Of a DNA stretch of 64,000 nt, positions 11,041 to 22,200 are shown piece by piece; the stretch's first letter is position 1; every line of letters starts with the position of its first letter. The notes beneath the pieces were generated by a model that was given only the letters and a program-made list of their open reading frames with translations, made no database searches and was not told the DNA's origin. The stretch is from Thecamonas trahens ATCC 50062. Taxonomy: Eukaryota; Protista; Apusomonadida. Position numbers and translations under genes: made by a program. The stretch is taken from contig NW_013657612.1 in assembly GCF_000142905.1 (NCBI RefSeq), positions 6,159 through 70,158 of the forward strand, read 5' to 3'.

Positions 11041-13719
11041 ATGGCTGCTTCTCTCGGCGGTTTCGTTCTCGCTGTCCCTTCGGGTGACACCCTTGTGATC
11101 TCGGCCAAGGTGCCCAAGGGCATCCCGCCGCGCAAGAAGATCAAGCTGTCCAACGTGACGGCGCCGCAGCTCGGCTGGCGCGACCGTGCCGACGAGCCGT
11201 TTGCCTGGAAGGCCCGCGAGGCGCTTCGGAGCAAGGCTGTGGGCAAGTCGGTCACGTTCCGCATCGACAACGACCCGGGCACCGGCCGCGCCTTTGGCGA
11301 GGTCTGGCTCGACGGCGAGCGGCTCTCCGAGTTTGTGGTCTCGTCCGGATACGGCAAGGTCCGCGACGTGCGCAAGGCCGAGGACGAGGACCACGTCAAC
11401 CTCAAGGCTGCCGAGCAGGCTGCGCAGTCGGCGCGCCGCGGCATGTGGACGACGGACGAGGCCGCCAAGGCCGCTGCCGTCCGCACTGTCGTCTCGCAGC
11501 GTGAGAACGACCACCTGGCACTCTTTGAGCGCATCGGCGGCAAGCCCGTCGACGCCATCGTTGAGTCGGTCCGCGACGGCTCCTCGCTCCGCCTCCTCCT
11601 CCTCCCGACCTTTGAGTCGGTCACGCTCCTCCTCTGCGGCGTCCGCACCCCGGGCTTCCACAAGGACAAGGAGTCGGGCGAGATGAAGGCCGACCCGTTT
11701 GCCGCCGAGGCTCAGTTCTTTGTCGAGGCCCGCATGCTCAACCGCCAGCTCCAGGTCGTCCTCGAGGTTCCTGACGAGCGCGGCAACTTTTTCGGCACCG
11801 TCCTCCACCCGCGCGGCAACATCGCCGTCGCCCTCCTCAAGGAGGGCCTCGGCAAGTACGTCGACTGGTCGGCAGCCCACGTCGACTACGCCGGCGACCT
11901 CCGTGCTGCCCAGGACGAGGCCCGCGGCAAGCGCCTCCGCCTCTGGGCCAACTGGACCCCGCCCAAGCGCTCCGTCGACGCCACCGCCAACGAGTTCACC
12001 GGCCGCGTCATGGAGGTCATGTCCGGCGACGCCCTCGTTGTCCTCAACACGGCCACCGGGACCGAGATGACCATCTTCCTCGCCTCGGTCCGCGCCCCGC
12101 GCTTCCGCCGCTCCGGCAAGTCCGAGCCGTTTGCCTATGAGGCCCGCGAGACGCTCCGCAAGCTCACTATTGGTAAGAACGCCAACGTTGTGCTCGAGTA
12201 TGTCCGCCAGCCCGCGCCCGACGCCGCCAACCAGAAGCCGCGCACCTTTGCCACCGTCACCGTCAACGGCAAGAACGTCGCCGCCCGCCTCATCAAGGAC
12301 GGCCTCGCCACCTGCGTCCGCCATCGCGACGACGACGAGCGCTCCCACCACTACGACGCCCTCATGGCCGCTGAGGTCGCCGCCAAGAAGGCCGGCCGTG
12401 GCCAGCACTCGACCACCAAGAAGGCCGGCGCCCCACACATCCGCGGCGATGCCTCTGGCGACGCCGCCAAGGGCCAGATCATCGTCGACTCGCTCAAGGG
12501 CCGCGGCTCGGTCGTCGGTGTCGTCGAGCACGTCCTCAACGGCGCCCGCTTCAAGATCTACCTCCCGTCCGAGGGCGTCGTCGTCCCCTTTGCCCTCGCC
12601 CACGTCCGCGCCCCGCGCCACGACTCGCGTGCCGAGAACGGTGGTGAGCCGTTTGGCCTCGAGTCGGCCCTCTTTGCCCGCCGCACCCTCCTCCACCGCG
12701 ACGTCAAGCTCGAGATCGAGACCTGCGACAAGCGCGGGACCACCATCGGTAACCTGTTCATCAACAAGAAGAACTTTGCCGTCTCGCTCCTCACCGACGG
12801 CCTCGCCTACATCTCGGGCCACCGCTGGGCCGAGCGCTCGCCGTACTACGAGTCGATGGCCGAGGTCGAGGCCGCCGCCAAGGCTGCCAAGCGCGGCTAC
12901 TGGGCCACCTACGTCGAGCCCAAGCCCGAGCTCCCGGCCGCCGGCGACGACGACGCAGACGACGCCGCCGCTTCGTCCAAGGGCCCCAAGTACTACGACG
13001 TCGTCCTCACCGAGATCATCGACGCCTGCAACTTTTACCTTCAGCTCACCGGCAAGGCCGCGGAGACTCTCGAGGCCTTTATGGCCGACTTTGCCGCCTA
13101 CCACGCCTCGTACGCTGGCCCGGGCTCCGAGGGCCTGCCCAAGAAGCTCAAGGCCGGCGTCTTTGTCGCCGCTAAGTTCTCACTCGACTCGTGCTGGTAC
13201 CGCGCCAAGATTGTCGAGAAGCACGACGACGAGACCGTCACCGTCCTCTTTGTCGACTACGGCAACTCGGAGCGCGTCGCCCTCGCCGACCTCCGCCCCA
13301 TCACCGACGCCCAGCTCGAGCTCGCCCCGCAAGCCCACAAGGCCTCCATGGCCCTCCTCCTCTCCGCCACCGACGAGGACCTCAAGGCCGAGGCCGACGA
13401 CCGCTTCAAGGGCGCATTCCTTGGCGCCACCCTCCGCGCCCGCGTCGAGTACAAGGAGCGCGGCTCGTCCGACTGGTTCGTCACCCTCTACCAGGCCGCG
13501 CCCGTCGACGCCGACGCCGCTGACGCAGAGCCCGAGTACGTCGACATTGCCGCCGACATGCTCCGCTCCGGCCTTGTGCGCGTCAACCGCAAGGCCGCCA
13601 CCAAGGGCCCAAAGAAGGCCCTCCTTGCCCGCCTCGCTCCCTTTGAGGAGGACGCCCAGGAGGACCGCCTCGGCATGTGGACCTACGGCATCATCGACTA
13701 CGACGAGGAGGACGCCTAG
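11041..13719 (+). CDS. SND1: Tudor staphylococcal nuclease (Tudor-SN/SND1)
   Basis: Four SNase repeats (SGDTL..DEPFAWKAREALR; VRDGSSLR..DPFAAEA; SGDAL..EPFAYEARE; VEHVLNGARF..EPFG), a Tudor domain with aromatic cage (KFSLDSCWYRA..FVDYGNSE) and SN5 ending GMWTYG. ATG in gccATG context after a poly-C tract. Confidence 0.96.
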   Translation: MAASLGGFVLAVPSGDTLVISAKVPKGIPPRKKIKLSNVTAPQLGWRDRADEPFAWKAREALRSKAVGKSVTFRIDNDPGTGRAFGEVWLDGERLSEFVVSSGYGKVRDVRKAEDEDHVNLKAAEQAAQSARRGMWTTDEAAKAAAVRTVVSQRENDHLALFERIGGKPVDAIVESVRDGSSLRLLLLPTFESVTLLLCGVRTPGFHKDKESGEMKADPFAAEAQFFVEARMLNRQLQVVLEVPDERGNFFGTVLHPRGNIAVALLKEGLGKYVDWSAAHVDYAGDLRAAQDEARGKRLRLWANWTPPKRSVDATANEFTGRVMEVMSGDALVVLNTATGTEMTIFLASVRAPRFRRSGKSEPFAYEARETLRKLTIGKNANVVLEYVRQPAPDAANQKPRTFATVTVNGKNVAARLIKDGLATCVRHRDDDERSHHYDALMAAEVAAKKAGRGQHSTTKKAGAPHIRGDASGDAAKGQIIVDSLKGRGSVVGVVEHVLNGARFKIYLPSEGVVVPFALAHVRAPRHDSRAENGGEPFGLESALFARRTLLHRDVKLEIETCDKRGTTIGNLFINKKNFAVSLLTDGLAYISGHRWAERSPYYESMAEVEAAAKAAKRGYWATYVEPKPELPAAGDDDADDAAASSKGPKYYDVVLTEIIDACNFYLQLTGKAAETLEAFMADFAAYHASYAGPGSEGLPKKLKAGVFVAAKFSLDSCWYRAKIVEKHDDETVTVLFVDYGNSERVALADLRPITDAQLELAPQAHKASMALLLSATDEDLKAEADDRFKGAFLGATLRARVEYKERGSSDWFVTLYQAAPVDADAADAEPEYVDIAADMLRSGLVRVNRKAATKGPKKALLARLAPFEEDAQEDRLGMWTYGIIDYDEEDA

Positions 13720-13829
13720 AGCGAGCCGGCCTGAACCGACTAGCCCCCTCCCCACTCCCCCCGCCCTCCAGCCATCACCGCCATGTGTCCATCATCATCA
13801 ATAACAACAACGACCCCGCCCCCTACCGT

Positions 13830-15797
13830 TTACCTCTGTCCCCTCACCGCCATACCGCCAGTCACCGTCCGGGCGTCGATGCCGGCGGACCGCAGGAGGC
13901 ACGTCGCGACGTGCGCCCGTCGCCCGACGGCACACACCACGCCCACAACCTGATCTCCAACACCAGCCAGCACGCCTGCCTCATCAGCAAGCACAGATCG
14001 GAGCTCGTGGAGCGGAACGTGGATGGCGCCGTTCAGCGGCGCGTCCACCACCTCATCGGCACCGCGGACGTCGAGAACGAGGTCGACGCCATCGGGCAGT
14101 GCTCCGCCCTCACCCCACCTCACCAGCGGATCGATGCCATCGAGGTCGTTGACCGCCACCATACCCACCATGTTGACAATGTCGCGGGCAGCGCCAAAGG
14201 CTGGGGCATACGCCAGCTCGAGATCGACGAGATCGTACACTGAGCCGCGCGCGTGCATGGCGGTGGCGATGACGTCGATGCGGCGCTCCACCCCGTGCTC
14301 GCCCACAGCCTGCGCCCCAAGAATCCGCCCGTCTGCCCTCGAGTACAGCAGCTTGAAGACAACCGTCTTGGCACCCGGGTAGTAGCCGACGTGGTGGCCG
14401 GCAACTACATAGGCTGCGGCATAGTCCATGCCAGCAGCGTCTAGCGCACGCGCCGACGCTCCAACACCGGCTGCCACAAAGCCGAACGCGCCACAGACCC
14501 AGGTGGCGAGCACGCCGCGCGAAAGCGGCGCCGATCCGGGCATGCGCGCGCCGGTCCTGACCGCCAACGTCGGCGCGGCGCGCCCGGCACCGACAATGGT
14601 GTCGGCCACAATCCGCCCAGCCCGGTTGGCCGGCCCGGCCAGCGCCAGCGACATCGGCCGACCGGTAACCCGGTCCGCGGTCTCCACCACATCGCCTACC
14701 GCAAACACCCGCGGATCCGAGGTCCGGAACGACGCGTCGACCGCAATGGCGCCACGCGCGCCGAGCGCAATGCCAGCGTCCCGGGCCAGACCCGACTCGG
14801 CCTTCACCCCCACCGCCACTACCACCAGATCGCACGGGTACGCCTCGTGACCGGCGGTCAGAATCTCCAGCGGATGGCCCGAGGTCCGGCTGCGGAAGCC
14901 GATGACGCCGTCACCGACCGCCACAAACAGCGCGTCGCCGCTCCCGCCCTCGATCCGTGTTTGCAGTGCATCCGCCATCTCACGGTCCATCGGCGGCATG
15001 ATCTGCGGCGCGTACTCGAGAAGCACCACGTCGACACCCGACGCAACTAGCGCGTCTGCAAGCTCGAGGCCGATAAAGCCGGCACCGACTATGCCGGTGC
15101 GGACTCTGCGAGAGCCGCCGATCGCCGCTTCGGCGCCCGCGATCCACTCCCGAATGACTCGCGCGTGCGGGATCGACCGCAGCGTAAACACTCCCGGCAG
15201 ATCCACGCCCGGCCACGGCGGGATCACTGCAGCCGCCCCCGTCGCCAGCACCAGGTAGTCGTACGTGAGCTCCTCCGTCACCAAGCTGCCGTCGGCGTCC
15301 AGTGTCTGGATTGCCACGCTCTGATCCTCGACGTTGACCCGCACAGCCTCGGTCTCCACCCTCACGTTGATGCCGAACCGATCGCGAAGGAGCTCGGGCG
15401 TCGCCACCCGCAGCGACGTCTCGTCCGGAATGATTTTGCCCACGTGGTACGGCAGGCCGCAGGTGGCAAACGAAATATATGGCCCTGCCGAGGAGTGTAG
15501 GAGTGAGGCAGTGAGTGATAAAATTTTTATACCGTCGCCTCCCCCACCACCGACCACCCGCACATCCTCTCGAAACTGCGTCAATGGGTCAGATTGGGAC
15601 GAGACTCCGCGCGCCCAACGTTTGCTACCGCCACCAAGCCGTAGCTACTGATGCGTACCCCTCTCGACCATGGTGATCTGCGCACCCTCGCACATCCTCC
15701 GCAAGCGGGTGGCGCACGATGCTCCGCCTGCCACGCCGCCTACGATGACCACACGCGGCGCCTTGAGCGCACAGCTGCTGGTTGTCTCATCCGCCAT
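13830..15797 (-). CDS. CoA-disulfide/persulfide reductase-rhodanese fusion (CoADR-RHD/Npsr-like); exons 15797-15659 and 15484-13830
   Basis: Exon 1 (absent from the ORF track) reads MADETTSSCALKAPRVVIVGGVAGGASCATRLRR..MVER and splices to GPYISFATCGLPY (redox Cys motif). Further motifs: LATGA, GAGFIGLE, AVGDV, LAGPANRAGR, YYPGA, LAYAPAF. Rhodanese domain: LDVR..GAIHVPL..CAVGRR. Confidence 0.93.
15485..15658 (-). other. Spliceosomal intron (174 nt, GTACGC...GGCAG, phase 1)
   Basis: Removing it gives G+GG=Gly and restores the conserved ERGPYISFAxCGLPY; exon-1 frame hits a stop inside it. Confidence 0.9.
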
Positions 15798-16220
15798 CAC
15801 GACGATCTATCAAGTCAAGTGGGAGCTCGCAATCTCGCGCCGCCGTCTTGCCATGCCTATCAACGTACGTGGTGCGTTTTCGTAGACGTTTTCTTTCTGG
15901 CTCCGCCCTCCCACGTATGCTCTTCCAGCTCCGCCTCTCTCGCCATCGATCTCCGAGCCCGACGACGAGGCCCGCTCCTACTCCATACTCCCCACAGAAC
16001 AGGAACTTGTGCAACCTGCTGGCCGACGTCTTTGACTCGGGGCGTTGTGTCCCGCAAGCGTTGCGCGCACCTCAAAGCTGCTTCGTCAGTGCAGCGCCAC
16101 GCAGAACTCGCCGCGGCCCACACGCATCGCGCAGCGGACGGTGAACATACTCTGCATCGCGTCAAGTCCACTATGGCACCTGACAAAGTACCCTGCGTTC
16201 TGTGCGTTTAGGAGATAGCA

Positions 16221-19200
16221 CTACGTCTCGTTGACGGTGAGAACCAGAGCGACGCCGCGAAGGATCCAGTGCCGGGCCGAGCCATCGCGAACAGGTAGGC
16301 TGACCGACATGACGTAGTTTGAAGAGAGACCGGTGGTGGAGAGCCGGCCCTTGCGGAGCGAGGTGCAGTAGACCGGGCAGTCGTAGCGGTTAGTGTGGGC
16401 CTTGGCCACCGCAGGCTTGACAACCGGCCGGAGCCAGAGCGACGGCATGCGTGAGGCGGCCTTGCCCGACTGCGACTCGGTGAGCACGTTGCCGACGTCG
16501 TCCCAGCGCGCGCCCTCGAGCCAGAGGCCGTGGACAACAACGCCCTCGTCGGGCGTGCCCATCGAGCCGTCGACGACGCGGACGTCAAACTCGAGCTCGT
16601 CGATGGCGTGCCCAGAGACCCGCACGTGGTGCTGAAGAACGCCCGAGAGGAAGCCCTGCGGAAAGGTGAACGCTGGGAGCCAGAACGAGCTCGGCGTCTT
16701 GCCCGACTCGAGCCAGTCGCGGAAGAACGCGACCCGCGCCGAAAGGTCGGCAAAGAAGCCGAAGAGCGGCAGCGTCGACGAGTACGGGCACGACTCGAGC
16801 CAGGCCTGCGGGACCCGGCCGTCGCGGAGCGCGATGAAGATGTCCTCCAGCTCGTCGTCAAACACGACCCGGCCCGAGACCGCATCCTGGACACGCACCA
16901 GCTTGGCCCGCACATCGCCCACAAACCGCGACAGTCGTGCAGCTTCCTGCGCGAGGACCACCGAGAGCGCCGGCACCCGGTTCTGTCCGGGCACCGAAAA
17001 CAGCGGCGAGTCGCGGTCGATGACAAGCTCGCTCGGAAGCCCACCCTCGAGCTCGGCCGCGATCTCCTTGACCACGTCCTGGTCCGACGGCGGCTTGGGC
17101 GAAGGGTCGGCTAGATCTTCGGCGTCATCGGCGTCGGCGTTTGGTGCCTCGGCACCCGCACCGCCCTCGGCCGGCGGCTTGGGCGAAGGGTCGTCGTCGC
17201 CGGCCACTTGTCGCGGCTGGACAGCAGCAATGTCTGCCAGCAGCCGCAACGACTCGGCGCGGGCGCGGGTGAGCACCGAGTTCTCGTGCAAGCCGACGGT
17301 CTCGGCGTCCTTGGCCGAGTCCCAGTGACTCTCCACGTGGGCCTTGACCGCCGCCAGCCGCGGCGCAGGCGACTTGGTGGAGAAGACCACCGACTCGATG
17401 AGGGTCTGCACCAGCCGCCGGTCGAGATCGTCGGTCACCCGCCCGCCAAGCACAATGTCGCCGAGGAGGTAGGTGAGTGCGTCGCGCGGGACAACGCCCG
17501 CCTCCTCGTCGAGGAACGACCGAACCACCTTGAACGCCGTCCGTAGATCAGGCGATGACCAGCCGTACGAGATGTTGAACCCAAGCGGGCCGTACTCCTT
17601 CCGCTCCAGCAGGATGGCGTAGACAGACGAGACGGCGTACGACAGGTTGCGCCAAGTCGGCGAGCCGCTGTCAAACTCTTCCTCGTCAAGCTCACCCAGC
17701 GCCGCGAGCAGGTTCGCCTTGATCCCGCGCGGCGGGTCAAACGTGATCTTGAGCGACGATTGGAGGACAGGCACAGGAAACGCGCCCGACGGCAGCGACG
17801 AGAGCCACAGCCGAAACCGCGGGTGGACCTCGATCTCACCCACCACCCCGCTGGCAAGTTCGTTGACAAGCCGCTCCAGCTCGGGCATCCACGAGCTTGC
17901 CAGATGGCAGTTCTGCAGGAACACCCACCCGCCGCTCTCGGCCGCGCGCGCAATGAGATCCTCGGCAATCGGGCCCTGACCCTTGCCTAGCGACAGGTCG
18001 TACAGCTCGTCCTCATCCCGCGCTCGGCTGCAAGCCGCATCAGCGCCGCTGATGGATCGGCGCCCGGCGTGAGGAGGAAGAGCACAGGCACCGCCGACGA
18101 CGACTCGTCCGCGACTTCCGACAGCGCAAACGCAGGCGCGCCAGCAAACTCGGCGCCGAGCGTCGACGAGACAAAGCTTGCCATGCCGCGCGCGAGCGCG
18201 TCCGGCCGGAACACGCGGAGTACAAGCAGCTTCTGGAATGCGTTGAGCGGCATACTGACAGGCACCGGCGCACGCATGGGATCCGGAGAATGCACAAACG
18301 ACTCCCACGCCGCAAGCTCGCCGGCCACTTGCTCCGAAAAGCCGGCAAAGTTCGCCACAGACTGCTCGAGCTCAGACACAAGCGCCCACATTTTGGCCGT
18401 CAGCCACGCCGGGACCAGCCCATTGGGCGCGCGCGGCATGGCAGGCAACTTGTCCATCTCGCGTGCTCCGGCCCGGAGCAGAAAGTTGAGCTCGTCGCCC
18501 CGGATTGCGCCCGCGTGCACAAGCACCTTGACCGCAATCAGCGACGAGAACAGGAGCTTGTGCTCAACAAACAGGCCACGCGAGACGTTGACAAAGACCG
18601 ATGACGTGATCGCACCCAGCAGCGCAGTGAGGCGAGTCTCCAGCGCCTGGGTCTCGCCCTCGCCACCCTCGGCGCCCTCGCCATCTGCAGGCGTCACCGT
18701 TGCCCGAATGGCAGCCAAGAACATGCGCTCCTTGAACAGCGAGAGCGCATAGTCGTACATCGACTCGACCTTGCTCAGGTCGACGAGGACAAAGAAGAGG
18801 ACGGCGCCACGGACGGCGACCGAGCGGTACTGGTCGCGGGCAAGCTCGACCTCCTTCTCGACCCGCTCCGACTCGATGACTCGCGCGGCGATCGAGGTTG
18901 CCGACGCCTTGGCCGCTTGCAGCGTGTTGACAAGGACCTCGTCCTCCAGCACGCCCTCGGCGTTGGCCAGCAGCCGCAGGATGTTGTTCTCGATATCTTC
19001 CAGCTCCGCCTTGTCGGCAGCGAGCGAGACAATAAGGTCGACTCGCTTCGCCTCCAGCTCCGGCGCCTCGAGCGAGACGACATCGCCGAGCAGCTGATCC
19101 TCAAGACCCGAGAGGGTGACCGTAAAGTTGATGAGCGCAACCTTGATGCACACTTCGGGCAGGTAGTGCGGGTTAGACAGCTTGGTCGTCATGTACAGAC

Positions 19201-22200
19201 GGAAGCCAGGATCGTAGTCAACCTCGGCATCGCCGACCTTGACAAGCACCCGCGGGCCCTGGTGGGTAAACTGCTTGAGGAGCAACGAGTCGAGCGCAGG
19301 ATCCAGTTCCTCGCCAACATCCTCAATGAGGACTGGTAGCCCTTGTCGGACCGCAGTCTCCAGAGACCGTAGCAGGTCCGGCTCGCCGAGCTTGACCACC
19401 ACCAGTCCCGACTCTTCCTCCATTGACCGCACCCACTTGTTCGCCTGGCCCTGCGGATCAATCATGAGCGGGAAGGCCCCGCTCAGTGTCGCCAGCACGG
19501 CATTCTGCGCCGAGAACTCGTCGGTCGGCAGACCCTGGAGGTTCCAGTTCCGGATCGTAACCGGCTTGGCGAGAATTGACGTTAGCGTGAGGTGCGCGTA
19601 TGACGCAGGCTCCTCGACAGTCGCCTCAACCTCGGAAGTCGCCTCGACGTCAGCGTCAGCGTCAACGCCGGCGTCAGCGTCAGCGTCAGCGTCAGCGTCG
19701 TCTCCGCCTTCGCTTCCACTCCCAGTCTTGGCACCCTCGCCTTCGGCCTCAGCATCCTGAGCCTCGGGCTCGACACCAGCCTCGACCGCGAGCCGAGGCG
19801 GCGCGCGGAGCTTGAGTCCCGACGCCCGGACAAAGCCGAGCCACTGGTCCCACAGCTTGGCGCGCCACTCTTGGGTGAACGGGCCAAAGTAGGCGAGGCC
19901 GGCTGATGCGAGAAAGACGTCACCGACGAGCGACGAGGCTTCCTCACGAACACGCTCAAGCGACTCCTCCCAACGGACGGCCTCACCGGCGAGCTCGTTG
20001 ACCAGCTTGCCGGCGCGCTCGAGCTTGACACGGGTCTCGCCCATGACGCGCTCGACCTCCTCCAGCTCGTTGAGCGTGGCTTGGTACTGGTCGCGCAGAG
20101 TGGCAAGCTCGTCCTCCACCTGGGCCAGCTTGGCCTGCTTCTCCTGCAGCTTGGCCATCATCTCGGCAAGCTTCTCCTGGGCGGCGTCACGGAGGACGCG
20201 CTTCGGCTCGACCTCGGCGTAGACCTTGACGTACTCGGAGACGGCCTTGACCCAGAGGACAAGGGTGGAGCAAGCCATGGAGCCCTTGGACTTGATGTAC
20301 TCTTCGTCAAACTCGGGGTCATTGAGATACTTTTTGAGGCGACCAAGAACAGCCGGCGGGAGGGTGGTCTTGTCGAGTTCGCGGAGCGAGCGCAGAAAGT
20401 GCGGCTCGCCGAGCAGCCGCTTGGCGTCGGGCCACGTCGGGTTGGTCGAGCCGAGAGTAATGAGGACGGCGTTCATGACCTTGATGACCGCCGGCGACGG
20501 GTTGGCGTACGACTTGACCTCGGAAATGTCGGCCGGGTTGAGCACCTCGAGCGCATCCTCGGCGGCATCCATCATGGGCTGGACCTTGGAGAGGTCGCGC
20601 TCGGCATCCTCAAAGGCCATCTTGGTCAGCAGCGTCTGCTCGTTGACCTCGACCTCTTCGGCGGCGACGCGGCGGCGGATGCCATCGGCCACCTCGGACT
20701 CCTGCGCCACCTTTTCCATGAGTGCCTGCGTGGCGGCAGCCTTCTCTTCGAGCTCGGGCTGCATCTGCTGAAGAGTGATCTGCATTTCAGCCACCAGCTC
20801 GTTGGTCTCGCGGAGCTTGGCCGTTCCGCCGGCAAACTTGGCCATGGCCGCACCGAGCTCAGCCTGCTGGCGCGCGAGCATGGCGCCGTACGTGTCGAGG
20901 AAGGCGAGGTACGATGCCGGTGTGACGTAGAAGCGGCGACCCATCTGGGCATAAAAGGCGTCTGCGGCGGCCTCGACCGAGGCGTGGACCGAGACGCAGA
21001 GCTTGGCAAGGGTGGCAGCAAGGCCCGGTGCGGCACCGACAACTGAGGCGGCCGCCGGCGTGAGGCGGTGCTGGCCGACCCGCTCGAGAGCAAAGCCGGA
21101 CCAGACGTCGACCCAGTCAATGGTGCAGCACGAGACAAGCGAGGGGAACATGAGGAGGCGGCGGCGGAACTGCTTGCCGATCGGCGACATGCAGAGGACG
21201 ACGTGAAGCTTCTCGCGGACTTGCTTGATGAAGTACTCGAAAATGCCTGCGCGGTCCTTCTCGGCAATGCGACCCTCGGAGACGGCAAAGGGCCGGACCT
21301 TGTTGATGACCGTCTCATATTCCTCGCCAACAAAGAGTGACGGGACTTCACCGGTGTTGAGCACACCGTTAATGTCCTCGAGGAAGGCCTCGTCCACAAT
21401 CTGGGTGTCGTTGAGGAGGAAGACCACGTTTTCGCGGGCAACGCCGGCGAGGGTGTACAGCTGGCGGAGATCCTCGCGAAAGTCGGAGCGTGCATACGAG
21501 CGAGTGAGCTTGATCTCAAAGACCTGGTACTCGGCCATGGCAGCTGCGAGGCGAGTGAGCGTCCGCTTGCCGGTACCAGAGACGCCGACAAGTAGAGCGT
21601 TCCCACGCGGCTGGCGGAGGATGCGCGCAATGCGCGAGACGTGGTCGATGGCGTCCTTGAAAAAGACGAGCTCGACCGAGGCCTCGCCCGAGTCCATGTT
21701 GGCGCGGTCGAGGTACTCTTCAAGCGTGCGGACAACCTTGGCCGAGCCGGCGCCGCCGGCGACGCCCTCATACACGCGCTCTTCGGGCGTGGCGCCGACG
21801 CGCATAAAGTCGCCAAACATAAGCGAGGCCACGGCGTTTGTCTCCCAGCGGAGGCCAAAGTGGCGGCGGATGAGGGCGACAACCAGGTCAAGGAAAGCAT
21901 CGCGGTCCTCGACACAAGTGAGGCGGTCGTGGAAAACGCGCATTGACTCGTGGGCCCAGAGTGAGACGAGCTCGGGTGCGTCGGCGAGATAGCCCGGCTT
22001 GGTCTGGAGCACACCCTGGACAACCTTGGACAGGTCGCGGAGGTTAAAGGTGTAGTGCGACTTGCTCGGGGTCGGCAGCATTTCTGCGCGGACCCGCGAG
22101 TAGAGCTCGACCGAGGCCTTGACAACCTTGGCAGCCGAGGCGGCGACCTCGGACGGGAACTGGCCCAGGAAGCCCGAGAGGATCGAGTGGAAGATGCGGA

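Noticed and set aside
9793-13719. 1308-aa extended SND1
   Set aside because: The frame is continuous only across a 100-N placeholder gap; SND1 homology begins at the 11041 ATG
13830-15797. Bacterial contamination as the source of the CoADR gene
   Set aside because: It has a spliceosomal intron and is contiguous, without gaps, with SND1 and dynein
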